A stretch of DNA of 52,137 nucleotides, taken from contig CAIQBY010000409.1 of assembly GCA_903870175.1 (NCBI GenBank), forward strand, positions 1 to 52,137. Direction: 5' to 3'. The notes under the pieces are model-generated. The model had not been told where the DNA came from. It saw nothing but the letters and a program-made list of their open reading frames with translations, and ran no database searches. This document shows, piece after piece, positions 9,829 to 17,703 of this stretch. How positions within the stretch are numbered: position 1 is the stretch's first letter; each line of letters opens with the position of its first letter. Origin of the DNA: an uncultured Bacteroidota bacterium (lineage in GTDB: Bacteria > Bacteroidota > Bacteroidia > 2-12-FULL-35-15). The position numbers and the translations under genes were made by a program.

Positions 9829-11561
9829 TGAAACGAGTTTTATACATATATATTATTCCTGCGGTTTGTGCATTCGTTGCAGGATTTATAATATATGAAG
9901 CTCTGCTCAATTCGGATTTTGTAAATAATAAAATTAAACTGGAAATAATACTTGACGCTAAGCAACAGGGAAAACTTCAGCTATTTGTTGAAGACAACAA
10001 TGCATTTAAAGCGAATATTGTAAGTAATGCCGAAATAATTGCTACTGTTAAAGAATATCATCTCGAAGTGGAAATACCAAAGTCCGATATGCCAGGCAGA
10101 ATGCGAATAGACCCTGGATTTACTAGTGGTGAATGGAAGTTCAGACAGATTACTTTAAAAGGGTTTAACAGAAACATTGTTTTTAATGCTGCTTCAATAT
10201 TTCAAAAGTTCAAACCGGCGAATGACATTAAAACATTCCGCTTGGATAATGATGGTATTTATGTAATTTCAAATGGTCAGGACCCTTACTTTATAAGTAC
10301 TTTCAGCTTGCAGAAATATTTAAAAATATTAAATGAAAAACCATTTATCTATCCATTTCCTTTTACTCTTTGTTTATGTGTTGCCTTCTTTGTTTTTTAT
10401 TTAGTTCGCAAAAAGTTAATACTTCAAATTGATACTGTAATAACGTCAAATCATTTTATATTATTCAGTTTTCTTTTGTTACTTGCACTTCCAATTATCT
10501 GGATGACCTTATTTCCAAAGCCTCCAATAGGTGAAAACAGGAAGTTGAAAGAGAAACCCGTATTTAATTTTTCAACTATTCTTGATTACCCAAAACAATT
10601 CAATAAATACTTTGAAGATAATTTTGGTTTTAAAAAACCGCTTGCAACATTTAACAGTTATTATAAATTAAAATTGTTTCACACTTCTTCAAAACCGGAT
10701 TTGGTAGCAGTAGGTAAAAATAGCTGGCTTTTTTCTACTGATGAAACTACTGTGGGTGATTATCAAAACAGTATATTATTTACAGAGGTTGAATTGAAAA
10801 CAATAAAATATAATCTTGAAGAAGCCTATAATTGGTACGATGCCAAGGATATTCATTTTTTTGTAATGTTATTTCCTCTTAAATCAAATATCTATCCGGA
10901 AAATTTACCAAACTCAATTAAACGAAAAAGAGCAAATTCTAAACTTATACAAGTTCGGGATTATATGGCTAAAAATAGTTTCGTTAAAATAATTGATGTT
11001 ACTGATGAAATGCTTAGCGTTAAACCGCGAGCCGCTGTATTTTACGAACACGACATTCACATGAATTTTAATGGCGGTTATCTTGCATATTATAAATTGA
11101 TGAATGAAATGCAAAAATTTAATCCTGATTTAAAACCTGAACCGTTATTTAAATTCAACAGATTATTTATGCATAAGCACGATGCAGATTTGAGCAGATT
11201 TCTTTCATTGGAAGACATTCTACTTAATGATCAGTGGAAAGAAAGGCAGAAACAAAAGTTAAAGTTTACTGAAGTGGAACCACCTGCTTATGATGTAGGT
11301 GCTACCATTCAGCCGACAGTGCACACGCAAATTAGAAACAGTAAATTACCAAAAGCGGTTGTTTATCGCGATTCATACTTTAATTTAATGTACCCTTATT
11401 TCTCAGATAAATTCAGTGATTGTATTTATATCTGGTCGAAGGATATGTCGGTATATGTTATCAATACAGCGAAACCGGATTATGTGGTTTATGAAATGTT
11501 AGAGTCGAGCATTGATAAATTATTAGAAGATAATCCTCCAGGAATGAGAAAAAACAAATGA
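9828..11561 (+). CDS. AlgX/AlgJ/DHHW-like SGNH-type O-acetyltransferase partner of the MBOAT
   Basis: 577 aa with an N-terminal TM and an internal TM pair. GKNSWLFS and EHDIHMNFNGGYLAYY resemble the GxDGWLF and DxHW..GA motifs of AlgJ/AlgX. The start overlaps the MBOAT stop (TAATG). Confidence 0.6.
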   Translation: MKRVLYIYIIPAVCAFVAGFIIYEALLNSDFVNNKIKLEIILDAKQQGKLQLFVEDNNAFKANIVSNAEIIATVKEYHLEVEIPKSDMPGRMRIDPGFTSGEWKFRQITLKGFNRNIVFNAASIFQKFKPANDIKTFRLDNDGIYVISNGQDPYFISTFSLQKYLKILNEKPFIYPFPFTLCLCVAFFVFYLVRKKLILQIDTVITSNHFILFSFLLLLALPIIWMTLFPKPPIGENRKLKEKPVFNFSTILDYPKQFNKYFEDNFGFKKPLATFNSYYKLKLFHTSSKPDLVAVGKNSWLFSTDETTVGDYQNSILFTEVELKTIKYNLEEAYNWYDAKDIHFFVMLFPLKSNIYPENLPNSIKRKRANSKLIQVRDYMAKNSFVKIIDVTDEMLSVKPRAAVFYEHDIHMNFNGGYLAYYKLMNEMQKFNPDLKPEPLFKFNRLFMHKHDADLSRFLSLEDILLNDQWKERQKQKLKFTEVEPPAYDVGATIQPTVHTQIRNSKLPKAVVYRDSYFNLMYPYFSDKFSDCIYIWSKDMSVYVINTAKPDYVVYEMLESSIDKLLEDNPPGMRKNK

Positions 11562-12787
11562 GACTATTTTCTAAAGATATTATAACTAAAATAATTTTAT
11601 TACTTATATTATTAGTAATTATTTTTTCCATAAAGTTTATTTGCCAACAAAGCAAGTGGAGCCCTACTGATGAATATGCGCACATGGATTATGTTGATAA
11701 GATTTCGGATGGCACATTACCTAAACTTTCCGATTCAATTTCCAGGGAAATGTATTCGCATATTAATAATGATACTGCAAGAGGTTTTTTTAAAAATATT
11801 TTTGTGCAAGGACAATTTGCAATAACAAGCCTTTCTTATGAAGCTATTCATCCTCCGTTTTATTATTGTATTCTTTCCGTTCCAAATAAAATGATGGAGA
11901 TAATGAATGTTGAAATATTTATGAGACTAAAAATATTACGATTAATTTCTTATTTATTATTTGTTTCTGGGATTTTAATGTGTTTGCTTATTTTTAAACT
12001 ATTAAACCGTTTAGGGTTTTCTATTCCTTCGTCTTACGCATGGGGCTGTGTTCTGTTTGGCTTACTGATAGCAACTAGCGAACGCTACGGGCTTAGTAAT
12101 AATATGCTTTCGCCATTAATGATAAACACAACAATTTGTTTACTATTGAACTATTATATCAACCCGACAAATATGAATATGTATTTATTTTTCTTCTCAG
12201 CTTGTTTATCCATTTTCACGGCGTTAAGTAATCTTTTTATAATTCCAGTTTTGTGCATTTTCTTCCTGAAAAAATATATTTCCAACTTTTCTTTCAAAAA
12301 TTTAATTATAACACTATTAATTATTGGTGTATTTATTTTTTTATTTATTTTATGGAAAACAAGTACAAAGCCTGATAAGGCTATTGATGATAATTTCCAG
12401 GCAATATTATTACGTGATATTCCAGCAGGTAAGTTTGGCTATAAATTCTTTTTTATTGTTCTTTTGCAAAGTGCTTTTACATTAACATTTATCAAAGCAG
12501 GTTTTTATCAATTCGCTTATGTAATTATTCTGGTCTTTTTAATAAGTAATTGCATTTGTTTGTTTTATCTTAAAACAATAATTAAAAATCAATCGTGGAT
12601 TTTATTTACAGGCATTTTATGCGCCGCTTTTTTTATCTCCACATTTTTTATAAATAAATATGTAGCTACTATTAATTGGTATGCTTTCCGGCATTATCTC
12701 GGATTTATTCCTGTAATTTATGTTTCCTGCACGGCATTTATTGTTGTGTTGAGGTCGAAGTATTTTGAGAAGAAAAAATTAATTTAA
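11558..12787 (+). CDS. Polytopic membrane protein, GT-C-like (PMT/ArnT-type) glycosyltransferase candidate, paralogue 1
   Basis: 409 aa. After TM1 the first loop carries KWSPTDEYAHMDYV, then YEAIHPPFYY, reminiscent of the DE-x-H ... HPPL motifs of GT39/GT83 enzymes. About 10 further TM helices. ATGA overlap with the upstream gene. Confidence 0.55.
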   Translation: MRLFSKDIITKIILLLILLVIIFSIKFICQQSKWSPTDEYAHMDYVDKISDGTLPKLSDSISREMYSHINNDTARGFFKNIFVQGQFAITSLSYEAIHPPFYYCILSVPNKMMEIMNVEIFMRLKILRLISYLLFVSGILMCLLIFKLLNRLGFSIPSSYAWGCVLFGLLIATSERYGLSNNMLSPLMINTTICLLLNYYINPTNMNMYLFFFSACLSIFTALSNLFIIPVLCIFFLKKYISNFSFKNLIITLLIIGVFIFLFILWKTSTKPDKAIDDNFQAILLRDIPAGKFGYKFFFIVLLQSAFTLTFIKAGFYQFAYVIILVFLISNCICLFYLKTIIKNQSWILFTGILCAAFFISTFFINKYVATINWYAFRHYLGFIPVIYVSCTAFIVVLRSKYFEKKKLI

Positions 12788-12864
12788 TTAAGTAATAATT
12801 TTCTATTTAAAAAAGCGTGAAGGTTAAATCAAACATATTAAGTAATTACATTAAAGAAAACAAA

Positions 12865-14094
12865 ATGAATTTAATCCCAAATAATACTGCCGGCAAAATA
12901 ATTATTTCACTTATTGCAATAGTAATTATTCTTGCCGTAAAATTTATTTCCGAACATAATAAATGGAGCCCCATTGACGAATATGCACACATGGATTATG
13001 TCAATAAAATAACCGAAGGAAGATTACCCAAACTCTCCGACCAAATTTCGGATGAAATGTTTTTACACATAAAGAATAATCCCGAATATAGCCTCCATCT
13101 TAATATACATTCCCGCGAACAGTTAGGAATAGCTGGCATTTCTTACGAAGCAATTCATCCTCCTCTCTACTATATTATTTTATCCATCCCAAATAAATTT
13201 ATGGAAATAATAAATATTGAAATCTTTGCCAGAGTAAAAATCTTAAGATTATTTTCATATTTATTTTTTGTATTAGGAATGTTTATGATACTTCCCTGTT
13301 TCAAATTACTAACAAATTTAGGATTCGTTATCCCTCCATCTTACGCATTAGGCTGTGTTTTGTTTGGATTAATTACAGCCACCGAAGAACGTTACGGCTT
13401 AAGCGACAATATGCTTTCCCCATTAATGATTAACATCACCTTATTTTATTTATTGAAATATTATATCCAACCCGCAAACAAAACAATGTATTTATTCTTC
13501 CTCTTTTCCTGTTTATCAATTTTTACTGCACTTAGCAATCTTTTTATTATTCCTGTTTTATATTTATTCTTTTTGAAAAAATACATTACAAACTTTTCTT
13601 ATAAAACTTTTTTCACAAGTTTTCTTATAATAACTCTTTTCATTACATTACTTATTTTATGGAAAACAGTCACTAAACCCGACCCAACTATCAACGATTC
13701 TTTTCAGGCATTACTCACCAATTTTATTCCAGCTGGAATGATTCACTATAAAATATTCATGGAACTTTTTTTATTCAATGCATTCACATTAAGTTTCATT
13801 AACCACGATTTCCATATCGTCCACTTTATAATATTTCTATTTATTATAAGTAATACAATATGTTTGGCTTTTTTTAAAAACATTTTTAAAAAACACATCT
13901 GGATATTATTCACCGGAGTTCTAGCCGCAATCTTCTTCATCTCAACCTTTCTCGCAAATAAATATATTGCCACAATCCATTGGATGGCTTACCGGCATTA
14001 TCTCGGCTTCATTCCTGTGTTTTACGTGTCCTGCACCGGATTCATTGTCGTTTTGTATTCCAGATATTTCGCATCAAAGTCAGTTGAGGGTTAA
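12865..14094 (+). CDS. Polytopic membrane protein, GT-C-like glycosyltransferase candidate, paralogue 2
   Basis: Collinear paralogue of 11558..12787 (KWSPIDEYAHMDYV, YEAIHPPLYY). The ATG at 12865 (MNLIPNN...) is preferred over the listed GTG at 12817 because it aligns with the paralogue's N-terminus. Confidence 0.55.
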   Translation: MNLIPNNTAGKIIISLIAIVIILAVKFISEHNKWSPIDEYAHMDYVNKITEGRLPKLSDQISDEMFLHIKNNPEYSLHLNIHSREQLGIAGISYEAIHPPLYYIILSIPNKFMEIINIEIFARVKILRLFSYLFFVLGMFMILPCFKLLTNLGFVIPPSYALGCVLFGLITATEERYGLSDNMLSPLMINITLFYLLKYYIQPANKTMYLFFLFSCLSIFTALSNLFIIPVLYLFFLKKYITNFSYKTFFTSFLIITLFITLLILWKTVTKPDPTINDSFQALLTNFIPAGMIHYKIFMELFLFNAFTLSFINHDFHIVHFIIFLFIISNTICLAFFKNIFKKHIWILFTGVLAAIFFISTFLANKYIATIHWMAYRHYLGFIPVFYVSCTGFIVVLYSRYFASKSVEG

Positions 14095-14172
14095 GTAAAT
14101 AAAATAAATATATGACGCTGTTTAGTTTTCTTCAGGACTTGAATCCCAATAACGTTTAAAGAAACATTAGTT

Positions 14173-14180
14173 TACCTTTG
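14173..14180 (+). promoter_or_regulatory. Candidate -7 promoter box (TACCTTTG)
   Basis: Exact TAnnTTTG match 33 nt upstream of the ATG at 14214. The same octamer recurs at 33970(-), 45975(-) and 52073(+). Confidence 0.4.
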
Positions 14181-14213
14181 TTGAAATAAAATTTCACTTT
14201 TATTAAATAGTTT

Positions 14214-15365
14214 ATGGGCAATAACAAAATTTACTTTAAAAATTTAGATTCTATCCGTTTTATTGCTGCTTTGCTTGTATATCTCGAACATGGCATCAGT
14301 CCATCGTATCAGTATCTTCCGATTAAAAATACTTTTTGGGAAAAACTGCTGAATATTATCAGAAATGATGCTGCTGATGTTTCCGTATTTTTTGTGCTAA
14401 GCGGTTTTCTTATTACTTTTCTCCTTATTAATGAGCATGAATTGAATTCAAAAATCGCTTTGCAGAATTTTTATATTCGTCGCGCTCTCCGCAGCTGGCC
14501 CCTCTATTTTGCAGTGCTGCTGTTTTCTTTTTTAATTTATCCGCTCATTGCTTCCTTGATGGAAATTAATATTCAGCATGCTTCCAATATTTTTTATCAT
14601 CTCACTTTTTTAAGCAATTTTGATGTGCTTCATCTTTTCGAAAACAATTTGGGAATCACTAACCCTATGCCGCAAAACATTACTTGGTCTATCTCTGTGG
14701 AAGAACAGTTTTATTTATTCTGGCCCCTTATTTTTGTTTTTCTGCCAAAACGATTTTGGCTTTCTGTTATCCTGATTTCGGTATTAGGTTCCATGGTTTT
14801 CCGTATTATTTATTATAACGACACCTGGATTTTATATTTTCATACTTTCGCAGTAGGTCTCAATCTCGCAATAGGAGCATTGATGGCGTATCTTATTACA
14901 AAAAGCAGCCGGATAAATTCTTTCTTTGAAAACTGTGGAACATATTCTCATTTACTATTGTTTCTTTTATTATTCTGTTTTCTTTTTTGGTCAAAGACTC
15001 TATTCGCTTTCAAATATGGAGATGCAGTAAGCACACTGTTTATTTCATCTTCGATAGCATTAATTATAGCAGCACAGGCACTCACAAAATCAGATTCAAG
15101 ATTAAATATGCAGCATCTGAAATTTGCAAATAAATGGGGAAAATATACCTACGGAATTTATGTACTGCACCCTATTGTTTTAATTTTAATGAGCCTATTA
15201 GTGCCGCTATCACCTTTCGCTACCAACAATTTTGTATTCACTTTTTCCTTTGGCGTCATCGGATTTATACTTACTTTGTTTTTCAGCAAGCTCAGTTATA
15301 AATATTTCGAATCGAGGTTTCTGGTTCTCAAAAAAAGATTTACAACAGTGGAAACACATCCGTAG
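14214..15365 (+). CDS. Acyltransferase family 3 (OafA/WecH-like) membrane O-acyltransferase, copy 1
   Basis: 383 aa. N-terminal LDSIRFIAALLVYLEHG and VFFVLSGFLIT motifs, with about 10 TM helices. Confidence 0.85.
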   Translation: MGNNKIYFKNLDSIRFIAALLVYLEHGISPSYQYLPIKNTFWEKLLNIIRNDAADVSVFFVLSGFLITFLLINEHELNSKIALQNFYIRRALRSWPLYFAVLLFSFLIYPLIASLMEINIQHASNIFYHLTFLSNFDVLHLFENNLGITNPMPQNITWSISVEEQFYLFWPLIFVFLPKRFWLSVILISVLGSMVFRIIYYNDTWILYFHTFAVGLNLAIGALMAYLITKSSRINSFFENCGTYSHLLLFLLLFCFLFWSKTLFAFKYGDAVSTLFISSSIALIIAAQALTKSDSRLNMQHLKFANKWGKYTYGIYVLHPIVLILMSLLVPLSPFATNNFVFTFSFGVIGFILTLFFSKLSYKYFESRFLVLKKRFTTVETHP

Positions 15366-15430
15366 ATTTACAATGCGATTATTTGTAATTTACACTCGGT
15401 TAATTTGTCAATCATGTATGCAATAAATTT

Positions 15431-16582
15431 ATGAGCGAACATAAAATATATTTCAAAAATTTAGATTCTATCCGTTTTTTTGCTGCACTCATTGTTTATA
15501 TTGGACATGGTATAAGCCCGTCGTATCAGTACCTACCAATACAGAATACAATTTGGGAGCAATTCCTTAATGTTATCAGTATTGGACCTATCGGTGTATA
15601 TATGTTTTTTGTATTAAGTGGTTTTCTGATAACATATCTCCTCATCAGCGAATATGAAATAAATAAAAAAATCTCTCTTAAAAACTTTTACATCCGTCGG
15701 ATTCTTCGCATCTGGCCTCTTTATTTCTTAATTATTGTTTTTGCATTTGGCATTATTCCTTTTATAACTTATTTAACAGGAACCTACAAACCTGCACCTT
15801 CAAAAATAATTTATTACTTAACATTCCTTAGCAATTTTGATATAATAAGATTGTTTCAGAATAATCTGGGATTTATTAATCCGTTTCCCCAAGTCGTTAC
15901 CTGGTCGGTTTCCGTTGAAGAACAATTTTATTTATTCTGGCCGCTTATCTTTGTTTTCATCCCAAAACGCTTTTGGATTCATTCTATTTTACTTGTCATC
16001 GCCGGTTCCCTTTTTTTTAGATTCCTATACTTCAACAACGCTCAGATTTTATATATGCATACTATTGCATTATTGATATATCTGGGGATGGGAGCACTTT
16101 TGGCATACCTTATTAAAACAAGCCATCGAATAAAACATATTTTTGAAAACTGTTCAACTTATACTCACTTACTATTATTTATTATTTCCTTTTGTTTTCT
16201 TTTTTGGTTCAAAGCCCTGTTTACCTTTAAGTATGGTAATGTAGTCGGCAGCATTGTCATTTCACTTTCTTTTGCATTAATTATAACCGCACAGGCAATT
16301 ACAAAATCAAAATCAATTTTAAATCTCCACAATATCTCTTTTGCAAACAGATGGGGAAAATACACCTATGGTATATATTTAATTCACCCAATAGTTTTAG
16401 TATTTACAAATATGTTAATTCCTCTGATGCCCTTCCCGACAGAAAACTTTATTTATTCGTTTTCCAATGGCATTGTGTGTTTTCCGATTACACTATTTCT
16501 AAGTAAGCTCAGTTATAAATACTACGAATCAAGATTTCTATTGTTAAAGGAGAGATTTACCTCAGTAGAAACAAAGGAATAG
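15431..16582 (+). CDS. Acyltransferase family 3 membrane O-acyltransferase, copy 2
   Basis: 383 aa, the same length as copy 1 and collinear with it (LDSIRFFAALIVYIGHG, MFFVLSGFLIT). Confidence 0.85.
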   Translation: MSEHKIYFKNLDSIRFFAALIVYIGHGISPSYQYLPIQNTIWEQFLNVISIGPIGVYMFFVLSGFLITYLLISEYEINKKISLKNFYIRRILRIWPLYFLIIVFAFGIIPFITYLTGTYKPAPSKIIYYLTFLSNFDIIRLFQNNLGFINPFPQVVTWSVSVEEQFYLFWPLIFVFIPKRFWIHSILLVIAGSLFFRFLYFNNAQILYMHTIALLIYLGMGALLAYLIKTSHRIKHIFENCSTYTHLLLFIISFCFLFWFKALFTFKYGNVVGSIVISLSFALIITAQAITKSKSILNLHNISFANRWGKYTYGIYLIHPIVLVFTNMLIPLMPFPTENFIYSFSNGIVCFPITLFLSKLSYKYYESRFLLLKERFTSVETKE

Positions 16583-16713
16583 AATTACATTTCCAGTTCC
16601 ACTATCAGATCCCAGAAATGTTTTGAAGTTTACTATTTTATCTTTTTCCACTTTCACACCCTAGAAACGATTAAAATACTGTAAAATAACAATTTAATAA
16701 AAAATAAGCTGCC

Positions 16714-16944
16714 GTCCAGACGAAATATTCGGTAGTCCAGACGAAATATTCGTCCGCCTGGAAGAAATATTCGGGAGTCCAGACAAAATATTCGCCCGTC
16801 CGGAAGAAATATTCGGGAGTCCAGACAAAATATTCGCCCGTCCGGAAGAAATATTCGGGAGTCCAGACAAAATATTCGCCCGTCCGGAAGAAATATTCGG
16901 GAGTACAGACAAAATATTCACCCGTCCAGAAGAAATATTTGCCT
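16714..16944. repeat. Tandem array of 11 x 21-bp units (42-bp A/B double units)
   Basis: Head-to-tail units GTCCAGACAAAATATTCGCCC / GTCCGGAAGAAATATTCGGGA. There are three perfect 42-bp double units at 16777..16902 and degenerate copies at both ends. All six frames are open. Confidence 0.95.
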
Positions 16945-17040
16945 TATCTGCAGAAAAAATTTAATGGACAATTATAAACCTATATTTAGATTTACGTTTT
17001 TTGAAACAAAACAATAAGGGTTGAACTTTGCTTAAATTTT

Positions 17041-17703
17041 TTAAAACTCGCTTATTTCCAAAAGCAAATCTTTATTTTCACTTATCCAAAGCATCAAACT
17101 ATTATTTCGCGGAGGAAGTTGTAGTTTCTGGCAAATTTTTGATCGATAATTTTCAATTGTTTTATCAGAAAGAAAAAGCACTTCTGCAATTTCTTTTGTC
17201 GATTTATGATTACATACAAGTTTTAAAGTTTTCAATTCTGCCTGACTAAGTTTTTTTAACTTATTCAACATTTCCTGTTTCTTTTTATCTTCCTGTACAA
17301 AATCAAGGTAAAATGCCTGAAGTTCAGTACTAACGTATTTTTTATCCGCAGAAACTTTTTCAATACAGTCAATAATTTCTGTCGCCGCAAAATCCTTGAG
17401 AATATAGCTATAAGCACCTGTCTTCATAGCTTTTTTTACCATTTCCCTGTCTCTGTACATTGTTAAAATTATAACCCGAGTCGGGAGTTTTTCTTTTGTA
17501 ACAATGCTCGAAACTTCAAGTCCGCTTAATTCGGGCATGTTAATATCAAGGATTGATATTGACGGTTTTTCTTTTTTAATTTTCATCAAAGCTTCTTTCC
17601 CGTCCTTACATTCAATAATTGTAATTTTGGGAAATGCAATTTCAAGAATATCTATAAGCCCTTTTCTAAAAATCGGGTGATCATCTGCTATTAGTAACTT
17701 CAT
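17041..17703 (-). CDS. NarL/LuxR-family response regulator
   Basis: 220 aa. Receiver KLLIADDHPIFRKGL ... ILDINMPELSG. C-terminal HTH LSQAELKTLKLVCNHKSTKEIAEVLFLSDKTIENYRSKI. 4-nt overlap with the kinase gene. Confidence 0.92.
   Translation of the reverse strand: MKLLIADDHPIFRKGLIDILEIAFPKITIIECKDGKEALMKIKKEKPSISILDINMPELSGLEVSSIVTKEKLPTRVIILTMYRDREMVKKAMKTGAYSYILKDFAATEIIDCIEKVSADKKYVSTELQAFYLDFVQEDKKKQEMLNKLKKLSQAELKTLKLVCNHKSTKEIAEVLFLSDKTIENYRSKICQKLQLPPRNNSLMLWISENKDLLLEISEF

Noticed and set aside
12817-12864. GTG start extending the second GT-C-like gene by 16 codons
   Set aside because: The paralogue alignment begins at the ATG at 12865. The extension (MKVKSNILSNYIKENK) has no counterpart in copy 1. 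The ATG is preferred, but the GTG is not excluded.
16694-16921. 75-aa ORF (NILSGLPNISSGRA repeats) on the minus strand
   Set aside because: It lies entirely within the 21-bp (7-codon) tandem array, where all six frames are open. It has no promoter or RBS-like context and is a low-complexity periodic peptide. I treat it as a by-product of the repeat.
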